Notes: a model not told the origin generated them from the sequence alone. 64,000 nt of DNA from Nitrosopumilus sp. (GCA_963662625.1 OY759726.1:224001-288000), one strand, 5' to 3'. Positions 47,501 to 58,213 are shown, counted from the stretch's first letter. A program made the numbers and translations.

Positions 47501-47790
47501 AGGCTCGGCAAGGCGCCCGTGTCCGCAGGCAACGCGTCGTGGCACAAGTCCAAGGCGGTGCTGCGCCACGTGGGGGAGTGCGGGGACGCCCGGCTGGAGC
47601 ACTTTCCCCCGCACGCCCCGGAGCTTGACGGCACCGGGGTGCAGCGGGGGGCGACGGGGAACTCCATGGGCAACCTCCTGTACGCGGGCGCCGGGGAGGC
47701 CGTGGGGCCCATACGCGCCATGATCCGCAAGAAGGAGATCGTTCCGGTCAAAATGAACGGTTACTTGATGTGTTGACTATGGAGGTAGTG
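47500..47790 (+). mobile_element. Degenerate IS630-family transposase C-terminal fragment
   Basis: GNASWHKSK..LEHFPPHAPELDGTG (cf. DNASWH..FLPPYSPELNPIE). Confidence 0.7.
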
Positions 47791-48289
47791 CAGCGGTGGT
47801 GCCCATACCCATTACATGGGATAGGATACACTATGCTTTTGCCTTTGCGTATTTTCTATAAACCCACCAAGCAGGAATAAAAAACAGGATCGACGGATAC
47901 GCGCTGCTGATTACAACCCTGTCAAGGTTATGAGCGGGATCTCATTCGGTTCTGTGTTTTCCAGGCTTGTGACCATAACAGAGATGACAGACCCGACTCC
48001 TGCGCATGCCGGCAAAAGTGCGGTTATTCGAAGAACGTTCGGATTCACGCCTGTTAAAAAAAATAGGCGTCAGCCTCAGTTTAAAGGGATATCGCCTATT
48101 CCCGTCTCTGCCTTTGCGCTACTGCCAACTGGATTCGCAGCTTTTGCCATGTTTTTCCCCACACGCAAAGCCAAGGCCCCGCGTTGCGCCCGCCGGCCAC
48201 CCCGGCGCGGCCGGATGTGGCGCCCCCGCGGCCCCGGAGACGTCCCGGCGTGCCCGGCGGGCCGCGTCCCAGTTGTCCCAACCGGCGGT

Positions 48290-49021
48290 TCACGAGGGCC
48301 TCCCCGGGCTGCCCGGCCGGCCTGTCGCGGCCTGGGCCGCTTTCTGCCACCGGGAAGACCGGCGCCCCATCCCCTCCAGCTGGGCGATGCTGAACTGCCC
48401 CGGCGCGACCGGCCTCCCGAGCGACACGTACGTGTAGGGGCTGCCCAGGTACAGGCAGAGGATCCTCGACATCCTGCCCTTGTCGCCCATGCAGAACGCC
48501 ACCAGGCTGGCGTTCCCGCGCGCGCGGTACAGCCCCAGGACCCTCGCAGAGTCCTCCAGCGACAGGGCGGTCGTCACCATCTTCACGTTGCTGGAGAGCC
48601 CGGCCATCGTGGCGAGCTTCCTTTCCAGCACCCGCGACGGCGGGGTCCCCTCGAAGTCGTGCCAGGACACCAGGACGTCGGCCTTGGCGTCGCTCAGGTA
48701 GCCCGCCAGGCGCCCGTCCCTCCGCAGCGTGTCGAACTCCACGTCCAGCAGGAAGGGGCCGTACTCGGCCACCAGCTTCAGGATCGCGGCGCGCTCCGGC
48801 TCGCCCCCGGGGAACATGCCCCCCTCCGACCGCGGCCTCAGCGTGCAGACGCACCGCGGCAGGAGCCCCCGCGCCAGGCGCAGCGCCTCGGGCACGTCGC
48901 GCGGCTCCAGGAAGTCGAGCCTGAGCTCCGCGAGCTCCGACCTTTTCAGCGCCATCCCCGCGGCCCGCGCCAGCCCTTTCGGGGTGCGCTCGGCCACGGT
49001 GACGCACGTCCTGTAGTTCAT
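48290..49021 (-). CDS. aroD: 3-dehydroquinate dehydratase type I
   Basis: ELRLD, TLR..EGG, SWHDF, FCMG, APGQ. Confidence 0.92.
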   Translation of the reverse strand: MNYRTCVTVAERTPKGLARAAGMALKRSELAELRLDFLEPRDVPEALRLARGLLPRCVCTLRPRSEGGMFPGGEPERAAILKLVAEYGPFLLDVEFDTLRRDGRLAGYLSDAKADVLVSWHDFEGTPPSRVLERKLATMAGLSSNVKMVTTALSLEDSARVLGLYRARGNASLVAFCMGDKGRMSRILCLYLGSPYTYVSLGRPVAPGQFSIAQLEGMGRRSSRWQKAAQAATGRPGSPGRPS

Positions 49022-50076
49022 TTTTCCAAGATGTACTCGTCTGAGACCTCCATCCCGAAGTGCCTCCCGGTGGCCGCGTGCGCCAGCGCCATCACGTAGT
49101 CGCCCTTCCTGAGGTGCGTCACGGACACCAGCTTCCCGTCCGGCCGGACGAAGCGTATCGTCTCGGCGTCTTGGGCGATTATCCCGCCCACCTCGCCTCC
49201 CGCGGACGCCTTGATCATCAGCATGGGCCTCCGCTCTATCTTCGACCTCCCCACCGTGGCGCGCCTGGCGCCCCCCTCGGGATCCACTATCAGCACCTCG
49301 GATCCCGTCTCCACCTCGGAGAGGTACATCGTGGTCCCGTCTGGGGCGAGCGTGTAGCAGTGCACCGCCCCCGCGTTTACCCTGAACGGCCGCGGCGACG
49401 TGAACGACGAGCCCACCGACTCGTTGTGGACGAGGAACAGGAAGTTCGAGCGGCTGCCCACCAGCATCCCGTCGCCCCTGTGCAGCATCGACGCCGTGTC
49501 GACGCACACCCGCTCCCCGTCCCCGACCTCCTTTACCTCGATGACCTCGGCCCGCTGCAGCGGGAAGTTCCGGGTCCCCATGTACACCATGGCCTCCCTG
49601 ACCTCGCCGATCGACCGCGCCGGGAAGATCACCCCGTCCACGCCCACCTCTAGGATCGAGAACATCTTCCTGACCTCCTCCGGCGTGCGCGCGGCCGCGA
49701 AGATCCTCGTCCGGGCCTTGTGCAGCTTGGCGATGGCGTTCTCAAGCGGGATGATCTTCCAGTCCTTCACCTCCACTATCGCAAAGTCCAGCCCCTTCCC
49801 CGAGGCGGCCAGGATGGCGTCTATGTCCTTGTTTGAGGCCACCCTGAACCTCCGGCCGGCCTTCTTGCCCCTGGGCCTCGCGGCGCCGTCGCCCTCCAGC
49901 ACCACATAGTCCGCGGCGGCCGACGCGGACACCGTCCGCAGCCCCGACTTTGCGCCGACCTTCCCCGGGTCGAGGTACACGGTCCTGATCCCCTCGGATT
50001 CCAGCTGCTGGAGGAACTTGCCGAGCTGCGCCCGCGGCGCCCTTGGCACTATTATCAGCTCGCGGTCCCTACCCAA
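49018..50076 (-). CDS. 3-dehydroquinate synthase II (archaeal AroB')
   Basis: WKIIPLEN, RVCVDT, RPFRVNAG, RHFG. Confidence 0.93.
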   Translation of the reverse strand: MGRDRELIIVPRAPRAQLGKFLQQLESEGIRTVYLDPGKVGAKSGLRTVSASAAADYVVLEGDGAARPRGKKAGRRFRVASNKDIDAILAASGKGLDFAIVEVKDWKIIPLENAIAKLHKARTRIFAAARTPEEVRKMFSILEVGVDGVIFPARSIGEVREAMVYMGTRNFPLQRAEVIEVKEVGDGERVCVDTASMLHRGDGMLVGSRSNFLFLVHNESVGSSFTSPRPFRVNAGAVHCYTLAPDGTTMYLSEVETGSEVLIVDPEGGARRATVGRSKIERRPMLMIKASAGGEVGGIIAQDAETIRFVRPDGKLVSVTHLRKGDYVMALAHAATGRHFGMEVSDEYILEK

Positions 50077-50851
50077 GCTTTTTCACCGCTTCCCCCGCGG
50101 CCTCTTTCTTGAAGATTATCGCGGCCAGCGCCTCGACCATCCTTGCCGGCTCCCTGTGCGCAAAGACGTTCCTCCCGTAGGTCACCCCCCTAGCGCCCGC
50201 CGCCATGGCGTCCTCCGTCATCCGGAGCAGGTCGAGGTCCGTCTTCGCCTTTGGCCCCCCCGCGATCACGATCGGGACGGGCGTGCTTTTCACGATCCTT
50301 GAGAAAGAGTCGACGTCCCCCGTGTACACGGTCTTTACGATGTCCGCGCCGCATTCGGCCCCTATCCGGGCCACGTGCCCCACGATCTCCGGGTCGTGCG
50401 GGTCCTTGACGTTCTCGCCCCTCGGGTACATCATCGCGAGCAGCGGCATGTTCCACCTGTGGCACTGGTCGGCAGTCATCCCCAGCTGCTCGAGCATCTC
50501 CGGTTCCTCCCTCCCCCCGACGTTTATGTGGAGCGACACGCCGTCGGCGCCGAGCGCGACCGCCTCCCTTACCGTGCCGGTCAGCATCTTCCTGTTGGGC
50601 GACATGGAGAGCGAGGTGCTGCCCGAGAAATGGACCAGCACGCCCACCCTTGGGGGCCTCGGCATCGCCTTGAGGATGCCCTTGTTGACTATCACGCTGG
50701 TGAGCCCGCGCGTCTCGCAGCCGTATATCGTGGCCGCGGGGTCCTCCAGGCCCTCGATCGGGCCGTTTGAGACGCCGTGGTCCATCGGGATGCAGAGCAT
50801 CCTCCCCTTCCGCATGATGCGGCCGAGCCTGATCTGGTGGCCAGATACCAT
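50069..50851 (-). CDS. 2-amino-3,7-dideoxy-D-threo-hept-6-ulosonate synthase (AroA', class I aldolase)
   Basis: PMDHG, AMMYPRG, GADIVKT, AGG, GRNVF; first gene of the aro operon. Confidence 0.9.
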   Translation of the reverse strand: MVSGHQIRLGRIMRKGRMLCIPMDHGVSNGPIEGLEDPAATIYGCETRGLTSVIVNKGILKAMPRPPRVGVLVHFSGSTSLSMSPNRKMLTGTVREAVALGADGVSLHINVGGREEPEMLEQLGMTADQCHRWNMPLLAMMYPRGENVKDPHDPEIVGHVARIGAECGADIVKTVYTGDVDSFSRIVKSTPVPIVIAGGPKAKTDLDLLRMTEDAMAAGARGVTYGRNVFAHREPARMVEALAAIIFKKEAAGEAVKKLG

Positions 50852-51021
50852 GAGGGTGTATGGTTCCCGCGCCCTACTTAAAAATAACGTACCCCCGGCG
50901 GGCACGCGGGGGCGCCCCCGGATCCCGGACGCGGAAAACGTGCAGCCCGCGCGACGCGTTCCCGCAGGGCGCGGCCGGCGCGGTTGGATCACTTTAATTG
51001 GTTTGGGGCGCGCAGTGTTCC

Positions 51022-51930
51022 ATGGAGTGAAGGGCGATCCTGGGACTGCTGGCCGCATTGTCGGCAAGCGTGGCGGCCGCTCCCGCGTTGGCGGAGGTTC
51101 CCCCACCGCTGGTTCAGTACAGGGGCGGCATCCCTGCAGGCCTGGTACGGTGCAGCCTAGACAAGACCCTGCTGGCGCACTCGCATAATGGCAAGCCGGC
51201 GTGCGCCTTCCCGGGATCCGTCGAAAAGCTCCTGCAACGCGGGTTCCTGGCCGTGGCCCCTGCAGGAGGGCAGGCCGGGCAGGATGTTGAAATCCATGGG
51301 ACAGTGAGTCCGCTCAGACACCCCCTCCAATTCCTCTGCTTGACGTGTACGGCGGCGAGGGCAAGGTTTGGATTGATCTGTAGAATGCAGGCCTCCTTGA
51401 TGCTGAAAGATCCCGCGTTGGGGCATCGGCAGGCCCAGGAACACCCGGCGCGTTTGATGATTCCAAGATTGAATCTTGGGTACCAGGCCGCATCCCAGAC
51501 GGTTACAGGATCGGCTACGCCGGGTTATTTCCAGCCGAACGCAACGACCAGACAAAGTATAGGGTACGCATGCACTTCGTGCCGCCCTCCTTTACGTACA
51601 CGCCGACCACGACAGAAGGGGATGTCGCAGGTGCCGACGGCATCCTTTATTATTCTGGTATAACTAAAAACACGGAATGGCATGCCAGGGCGGACAACCT
51701 CCAGCATAAGGTTGCAATGGGCTGGGCGGTATTTGACCAAACCAACGAGTTGTTTGGGCCGATGTACCCGGGCAATGACATTGGCGGGTTTGCGGTACGG
51801 GCCGTATTTCCAGACTGCGGGTTGTCCGTCACGGGTCATGCGTTGGACAACGCAGAAGGCATCAAGATGATAAACTCCATACGGGGCGCGATGTTCCCCG
51901 AATGGTTGTTTTGTCGTTTTGTTGATGGCC
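51022..51930 (+). pseudogene. Decayed secreted protein with thaumarchaeal PPLxQ..PAC..RG domain
   Basis: ATG GAG TGA premature stop in frame with a signal peptide and PPLVQ..C..GKPAC..KLLQRGF; downstream frameshifts; lower GC. Confidence 0.6.
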
Positions 51931-52066
51931 GTTTTGGCGGGCGGCGCGGGCTCCTGCACGCTCCTGGCGGGCGGCCCGGCCCCCGGCCCGGCCGCCCCCA
52001 CGGAATAGGCCGGGAGGGTCCGGCCTGCGCGCCGGGGCCCCGCGCGGGCACGGGCAGGGCTCGGGC

Positions 52067-53530
52067 CTACGGCCAGGGCCCCGCCTTGTCGGTCCTGATT
52101 TCAACGTGGCGTCCCTCGTTTGCCACCCGGTAGCCCTGAAAGGGGAACGACTCGGTGTCCGGGAAGCTGTCCAGCTCGAACGACCTTACGGGCCTAGTGC
52201 CCTCCAGGGCCAGCACGATCTCCTCCCCCCTGCCCTGGTCCAGCAGGAGGTGGGGGTCGACTACCATGTACAGGTACCTCGTCTCGGGTTTGCCGTACAG
52301 GATGTCGGCATAGTCCAGAAATACGTTATCGTTCCCGTGCACGCCGGACAGGACCCAGCTGTACACGGGGCTTGAGAGCAGCGTGGAGTCTGCGCCGTCG
52401 AACGTGTCGATGGCATACTGCATCGCTGAGAACTGGGCGGACGTCAGATCGCCGGAGATTATGACGCCGGACGTCACCCCGCCGTAGGCTCCGAGCCCCA
52501 GGATGATCGCGGCGCACGCGGCGTTCCGCGCCCCCGCCGTCCGGATCCGGCTGACGGCGCCCTCCAGCATGAAGCCGGCAGCGACGCACATCGCCGGCAC
52601 GATCAGGATGTAGTGGAAGTACTGGAAGAACCCCACCGCGTTTACGAACAGCAGGAACGGGGCGAACCAGAGCACCAGCATCAGGTTGCGCCGGAGTGCG
52701 GAAAAGGCGAACCCCGCGAATCCCAGCGATGTCATTACGGGATCGATGGAAAACACGGTCCCGGTGATCGGCCAGAACTGCGAGGTGCCCCTCCCGGCAT
52801 GCCAGAGCACGTCCCGGATCCAGTACTCGAGGTGCCCGAGGTGCAGCGCGACCCCCGGCCACGCCATGGGTATCGCAAGCACGGGCGGGAGCCATCCCGC
52901 CAGGGCGCGCGGCCCGCGGCCGGACGCCACCACGTAGGCCACGACCGGGATCAGCGTCACCGCGGTGACTTTCGTGAACACCGCGAGCCCCAGCAGGCAG
53001 GACGAGGCGGCCACCAGCGCGCCCGGGTGCCGGGAATCCTTCGAGTGGAGCGCCAGCAGCAGCGAGGACAGCATGAGGGGCACCAGCAGCCCGTCAAGCA
53101 GTATCCTCCGAAACATCCACGTCATGGGCATCGAGGCAAACAGCACGCCGGAGATCATGGCGGCTTTTCTGCCGAACCTTTTTTCGGTTATCTTGTAGAT
53201 CAGGAACGTGTCGAGCACCGCGAGGAGCCCCATGAGGACGCGCGGCACAAGGTAGGAGGCCTCGAGCGCCCGCTCCACGGTCGCCGGGAACCCGGCCAGC
53301 TTGATCGCGCCGGCAAGGATCACCTGCCCGAGGTACGGGTGGTCGTAGAAATACCCCTCCTGGGGGTTCCCGGTCTCGAGCGTGGTCATGGCCCTCCGCA
53401 TGTAGATCCCCTCGTCAAAGAAGACGTCCGGGAACCCCGCGGGGTTCCACAGGTGGGTGTAGGACGACAGGGCCAGCATCGCAAGCAGTGCCGCATAGTG
53501 CGTCCTTCTGCCCGGGCGCAGGACCTGCAA
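52067..53530 (-). CDS. GT-C glycosyltransferase (PMT/ArnT, family 39-like)
   Basis: FFDEGIY, YDHPYLG, many TM helices. Confidence 0.85.
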   Translation of the reverse strand: MQVLRPGRRTHYAALLAMLALSSYTHLWNPAGFPDVFFDEGIYMRRAMTTLETGNPQEGYFYDHPYLGQVILAGAIKLAGFPATVERALEASYLVPRVLMGLLAVLDTFLIYKITEKRFGRKAAMISGVLFASMPMTWMFRRILLDGLLVPLMLSSLLLALHSKDSRHPGALVAASSCLLGLAVFTKVTAVTLIPVVAYVVASGRGPRALAGWLPPVLAIPMAWPGVALHLGHLEYWIRDVLWHAGRGTSQFWPITGTVFSIDPVMTSLGFAGFAFSALRRNLMLVLWFAPFLLFVNAVGFFQYFHYILIVPAMCVAAGFMLEGAVSRIRTAGARNAACAAIILGLGAYGGVTSGVIISGDLTSAQFSAMQYAIDTFDGADSTLLSSPVYSWVLSGVHGNDNVFLDYADILYGKPETRYLYMVVDPHLLLDQGRGEEIVLALEGTRPVRSFELDSFPDTESFPFQGYRVANEGRHVEIRTDKAGPWP

Positions 53531-54170
53531 CGGCCTACGCCCGGGCCGGGGCCGCCGCGGGCCCCGCGGGGATCGGGGACTGGGAGCCCCCTGGGCGGGT
53601 GCCGTGCGCGCGGTGGCAGGTCATCGCGTTTGTATGTGTCCGGCGCCGTATTTATGCATCGGGCGTCCCGCGCGGGGGGCGCGCCCGGGGAACCGGGGCT
53701 TGCAGGGCAGCCCGCGCAAGCGTGAATGCCTACCGCGGGCAACAGCGCGGGGTTGAAGCCAGATTTCCCGGCTCCGGTCCTGCTGGCCGCGCCGCGGCCC
53801 GGCACGCGGGCGCGGGGCCGGGCTAGATCCCGCCGCGGGTCAGAAGCATCGCGGGGTGGCGGGCCAGGTGGACGGCGCCGCGCTCGCGCGCGGGATCCAG
53901 CTCCCGGTCAGCTGGGGGATCACCGTGCTTCCGGCCGGCTCCCCGCGGGCTAGCCGGCTGGCCCGGCCGGGCACGTGACATTCCGGCAGGCAGGCCAGCC
54001 CCGCGCGCAAACGGCCCGGGGCCGTCCCCGGCTGATCGCGGGCGGGCGGCGGCGCCCGTGCTCCTGCGTGGCGCCATGGGGCCAGCCCCGCGCCCCCGCC
54101 AGGCGGCGGCGTGGCACCCGGCGGCCAGACCTATAAGGAATAAATAGATTCAAGGACGAAGCGGAGTGAA

Positions 54171-55289
54171 TTGAGCCAGGCGACAGAGCAGATCCACGAG
54201 AGCGACATAGGCGACGTCCTGGAGAACTCCCTCCGGGGCAAGCGCCCCACGCGGGAGGACTGCCTGCGCGTCCTGGAGTCCGACGACGTCCACCTCCTGG
54301 GCATGGTGGCAGGCCACCTGGCAAGGAGGCGGTTCGGGAACAAGGCCTCGTTCGTGAACAACATCATCCTCAACTACACCAACGTCTGCATCACGGACTG
54401 CAAGTTCTGCGCGTTCTACCGGCAGCCGGGGGCGGAGGACGCGTACACCCTGACGCTGGACCAGATCGAGTCCCGCGTGAGGGCATCCTGGGAGATGTTC
54501 GGGATAAGGCAGGTCCTGATCCAGGGCGGGCACAACCCGAACCTGCGCATAGAGTACTACGAGGACGCGTTCAGGATGATCCGGGAAAGGTTCCCGAGGG
54601 TCGGGGTCCACGGGCTCTCGGCCTCGGAGATCGACACCATAGCCAGGGTGGAGAGATCGTCCACCGGGGAGGTCCTCTCCAGGCTGAAGGAGGCCGGGCT
54701 GCAGTCGGTGCCCGGCGCCGGCGCCGAGATACTCGTGGACTCTGTCAAGGACGTCATCAGCCCCAAGAAGATCTCCAGCGGCGAGTGGATAAGGATAATG
54801 AGGGAGGCCCACGAGATGGGCCTGCCGGCGTCGGCGACCATGATGTACGGCCACGTGGAGAGCGACCGGGACGTCGTGGATCACTTCTTCAAGGTAGCCG
54901 GGCTGCAGGAGGAGACCGGGGGCTTTATGGCGTTCATCCCGTGGAATTTCGAGCCAAACAACACCCCGATGCAGGCAGAGGGGCGGGCGGGTTACGGCGC
55001 CGGCGGGATCCAGCTGCTGAAGATGATAGCGGTGTCGCGGCTGGTCTTCGACGGCCTGATCCCGCACATCCAGTCGTCATGGCTCACCAACGGCGTGGGC
55101 ATGGCCCAGCTGGCGCTGGGTTACGGCGCGGACGACTTTGGCGGGACCCTGATCGGGGAGGAGGTGGTCTCCTGCACTGGCGCGCGCTCGACGGAGCTGA
55201 CGGGCAAGGTCATCGTGGAGGCCATACGCCAGATCGGCTACGAGGCCGAGGAGCGGGACAACTTTTACAACCCCGCGGGCAAATCATAG
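54171..55289 (+). CDS. mqnC: Radical SAM, cyclic dehypoxanthinyl futalosine synthase (MqnC/CofH family)
   Basis: NYTNVCITDCKFCAF, PGAGAEIL, ATMMYGH; adjacent to a UbiD gene. Confidence 0.8.
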   Translation: MSQATEQIHESDIGDVLENSLRGKRPTREDCLRVLESDDVHLLGMVAGHLARRRFGNKASFVNNIILNYTNVCITDCKFCAFYRQPGAEDAYTLTLDQIESRVRASWEMFGIRQVLIQGGHNPNLRIEYYEDAFRMIRERFPRVGVHGLSASEIDTIARVERSSTGEVLSRLKEAGLQSVPGAGAEILVDSVKDVISPKKISSGEWIRIMREAHEMGLPASATMMYGHVESDRDVVDHFFKVAGLQEETGGFMAFIPWNFEPNNTPMQAEGRAGYGAGGIQLLKMIAVSRLVFDGLIPHIQSSWLTNGVGMAQLALGYGADDFGGTLIGEEVVSCTGARSTELTGKVIVEAIRQIGYEAEERDNFYNPAGKS

Positions 55290-56726
55290 GCCGTATTCGG
55301 CCCACCTCGAGTCCACCAGCCCCCTCGTGCCGTCGTCCACCGCGACCCGCCGCTGGACCTCCCTGCAGTAGCCCTCCTCAGGGGTCTTCTGCGTCGCGTC
55401 GATTCCGAGCTTGGAGCCCAGGTTGACGAGCGGGGAGGCAGGATCCAGCGTGTCGGTCGGGGCGCCGTCGACGATCACCGTGTCCCTCGCCGCGTCGGCC
55501 CTCGTCGTGACCGCCCATATGACGTCGTTTGCGTCGTGCACGTCGACGTCATCGTCCACCACGACGAGCATCTTGGTCAGGGACAGCTGCCCCATCCCCC
55601 ACAGCCCCATCATGACCTTCTTCGCCTGGCCGGGGTACCTCTTCCTGATCGAGACCACCGCCAGCCCCTGGAACCAGCCCGCCGCCGGCATGCCAAAGTC
55701 CGCCACCTCGGGATGGAACATCCTGATCAGCGGCAAGAACGACCTCTCTATCACCTTGCCCACGTACGCGTCCTCCAGCACGGGCTTGCCCACCACCGTG
55801 GTGACGTATATCGGATCCCTCCTCATCATCATCCCGGTCATGGTAAACGTGGGGTACTGCTCGACCGGCGTGTAGTAGCCCGTGTGGTCCCCAAACGGCC
55901 CCTCGTCACGGACGTCCTGCGGATCGACGTGCCCCTCCAGGACGATCTCGGCGCTTGCCGGGACCTCGAGGTCTACCGTCCGGCACTTGACCGTCCTGAT
56001 CCCCTTCCTCCTCGCGATCCCCGAAAACAGGTACTTGTCGAGCCCCTCCGGGACGGGCGCTATGGAGGAAAAGACGGTGGACGGCTCGCCCCCTATGATC
56101 ACCGCCGCGGGTATCCTCTCCCCCGCTTCCCTTGAGATCTCCCCGTGCTGGGCGCCCCTCTTGTGCTTCTGCCAGTGCATCAGCGCGTGCGTGTCGTCGA
56201 CCACCTGCATCCTGTAGACGCCCAGGTTCCTCACCCCCGTCTCGGGGTGCTTTGTGGCCACCAGCCCCAGCGTGATGAACCTGCCCGCGTCCCCGGGCCA
56301 CGATTTGAGGACCGGCAGCCTCCCAAAAGAGGGCGGCGCCGAGACCTCGGTGACGGGGCCCCCTCCCTCGGGCCTCGGAAAGGCATCGGCCATCTTGGAG
56401 AGCTCAGGAAGCTTCCTTATCTTGCCGAGTAGCCCCGGCGGGACGTCCATCCTGGACATGTCGACGATCCTCTGCCCGATCTCCGTAAAGTCGGACGTCC
56501 CCAGCGCGATCTCCAGCCGCCTGATCGAGCCAAACGCGTTTCCCAGCACCGGGATGTCGAATCCCTTGACGTCCTCGAAGAGCACCGCCGGGCCGTTTGC
56601 GTACATCACCCTTCTCAGCACCTCGGCGGCCTCCAGGTCAGGGTCCACCTGCGCCCTGACCCTTTTCAGCTCCCCGTTCTTTTCCAGCTCCGCCACGAAC
56701 TCGTGCATGTCCTCTATCGGCATCAC
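55284..56726 (-). CDS. Menaquinone-biosynthesis UbiD family decarboxylase
   Basis: NLGVYRMQ, EGPFGDHTGYY, TLDPAS, SKLGIDAT. Confidence 0.92.
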   Translation of the reverse strand: MMPIEDMHEFVAELEKNGELKRVRAQVDPDLEAAEVLRRVMYANGPAVLFEDVKGFDIPVLGNAFGSIRRLEIALGTSDFTEIGQRIVDMSRMDVPPGLLGKIRKLPELSKMADAFPRPEGGGPVTEVSAPPSFGRLPVLKSWPGDAGRFITLGLVATKHPETGVRNLGVYRMQVVDDTHALMHWQKHKRGAQHGEISREAGERIPAAVIIGGEPSTVFSSIAPVPEGLDKYLFSGIARRKGIRTVKCRTVDLEVPASAEIVLEGHVDPQDVRDEGPFGDHTGYYTPVEQYPTFTMTGMMMRRDPIYVTTVVGKPVLEDAYVGKVIERSFLPLIRMFHPEVADFGMPAAGWFQGLAVVSIRKRYPGQAKKVMMGLWGMGQLSLTKMLVVVDDDVDVHDANDVIWAVTTRADAARDTVIVDGAPTDTLDPASPLVNLGSKLGIDATQKTPEEGYCREVQRRVAVDDGTRGLVDSRWAEYGL

Positions 56727-56930
56727 CGTCAGTTTGGCGGGTCAAAGTATAAGTCTAGCTAGCATTGGCACTCCCGATCGTCGGCGTCGTGCCGGCACAC
56801 CCGCAGGGCCTGAACCTGCCGGGAACGGGCGCCGCGCGGTCCAGTGGCCCGGCCCGTTCTGCCGGCGGCGCGGCACGCACCCGGGGGCGCAATCAAGGTT
56901 TATATGAAATGCCCGGAGGATTTTGGGTAC

Positions 56931-57281
56931 ATGTCCGTCATAGAGACCGTAAGCGACGTGGACAACACGTTCCTGTCAAGGAGGGAGATTACCTGCAGCT
57001 TTGCGGGGGTCGGGGGCAGGCTGAAGAAGCTGGAAGCCGCAGGCATGGTCGCCAAGAAGTTCAAGATCAATGGCAAGGTGGTGATCCCGGTGAGGCTGCA
57101 GCCGCTGGTGGGCAAGCCGCAGGTCACCGGGACGTTCTACGTGTATGACGACGAGGCCCTGGCGAAAAGGCACGTCAACCCCACCATATTTGCGAGGATG
57201 GAAAGGGCAAGGGCCGCCGAGGACGCGGGGCAAGAAGGGGCGGCCGCCGAGGGGCAGGCCCCTGGGGAGAAGCCCGGGTGA
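56931..57281 (+). CDS. rps24e: 30S ribosomal protein S24e
   Basis: [14 protein letters not shown]; upstream of S27ae. Confidence 0.85.
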   Translation: MSVIETVSDVDNTFLSRREITCSFAGVGGRLKKLEAAGMVAKKFKINGKVVIPVRLQPLVGKPQVTGTFYVYDDEALAKRHVNPTIFARMERARAAEDAGQEGAAAEGQAPGEKPG

Positions 57282-57454
57282 TGGCCGGGAGGAAGGGCTC
57301 CAGCCCCAAGGTCTACGGCTACTACAAGGTGGATGGCGAGAAGGTGTCCAGGATGAAGAAGATCTGCTCCAGGTGCGGGAAGGGCGTCTTCATGTCCGAG
57401 CACAAGGACAGGCACGCGTGCGGCAAGTGCAACCTGACCGAATTCAAGCAGTGA
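57281..57454 (+). CDS. rps27ae: 30S ribosomal protein S27ae
   Basis: Manual translation [37 protein letters not shown]. Confidence 0.93.
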   Translation: MAGRKGSSPKVYGYYKVDGEKVSRMKKICSRCGKGVFMSEHKDRHACGKCNLTEFKQ

Positions 57455-57466
57455 CCCCCGCGGGGC

Positions 57467-58177
57467 TCAGTACAGCCGCCTCTTGCGCAGCCTGCCGCTC
57501 TTCTCCTCGAGCTCGGCCAGCCGCTTCATGAACCCTGGGCCGATCCTGATCTTCGAGAGGGACTCGGCGGACAGCCTCACCGTGTTGGAGTCGAGCGCGA
57601 CGTTCGTCTTGGGCAGGCCCCTGTCGATCCAGAGCCTCACTGCCTTGTCCTCGAGCCTGCGGTCGCGGAACCCCGCGGGGAACCTCTTGGTGATGTGGCG
57701 CAGCAGCGTCCGGTCGTCGAACACTGCCCGGGGGTCGAGCAGCCGGGTCCCGTCGGCGTAGGCGCTCTCGAACAGGCTCCCCGTGACCTCGTCGGAGAGC
57801 ACGTCCATCCTAGATATCTTGCGCGCCAGGTCCAGGAAGTGCAGGAACTCGTGGGCCAGGATCGCGTGGATGGTGCCCTTGAGCCCGTACGCCACCAGGG
57901 GCGCAGACACCTGGATCACCACCTGGAACCCGCCGTCGAACGTCACCGGGATCGTCCTCGCGAACAGTATGCCGAACTGGTACGACCGCGGATCCGCCGC
58001 GGTTATCACCGCGGAGGGCTCCACGTAGGCCATCGGGTACTGTATCCCGGACGCCCTCTCGATCCTGTTGATCCCCTCGACGGCCAGCGGGAAGCGCCGC
58101 GCCACGAGCTCGTAGACCCTGCCTGGGATGACCCCCCTGGCGCGGGCGTCCTTGAGCCTTGCGAGCGGATCCAACAT
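57467..58177 (-). CDS. Conserved thaumarchaeal protein with HExxH motif
   Basis: ILAHEFLH. Confidence 0.75.
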   Translation of the reverse strand: MLDPLARLKDARARGVIPGRVYELVARRFPLAVEGINRIERASGIQYPMAYVEPSAVITAADPRSYQFGILFARTIPVTFDGGFQVVIQVSAPLVAYGLKGTIHAILAHEFLHFLDLARKISRMDVLSDEVTGSLFESAYADGTRLLDPRAVFDDRTLLRHITKRFPAGFRDRRLEDKAVRLWIDRGLPKTNVALDSNTVRLSAESLSKIRIGPGFMKRLAELEEKSGRLRKRRLY

Positions 58178-58213
58178 ATCACCTCGGGCGCACTCGGCGT
58201 AAAAAGCTTGGTT

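Noticed and set aside
53540-54130. Very GC-rich intergenic tract with many possible hairpins
   Set aside because: No recognisable motif or consistent structure; pairing is expected by chance.
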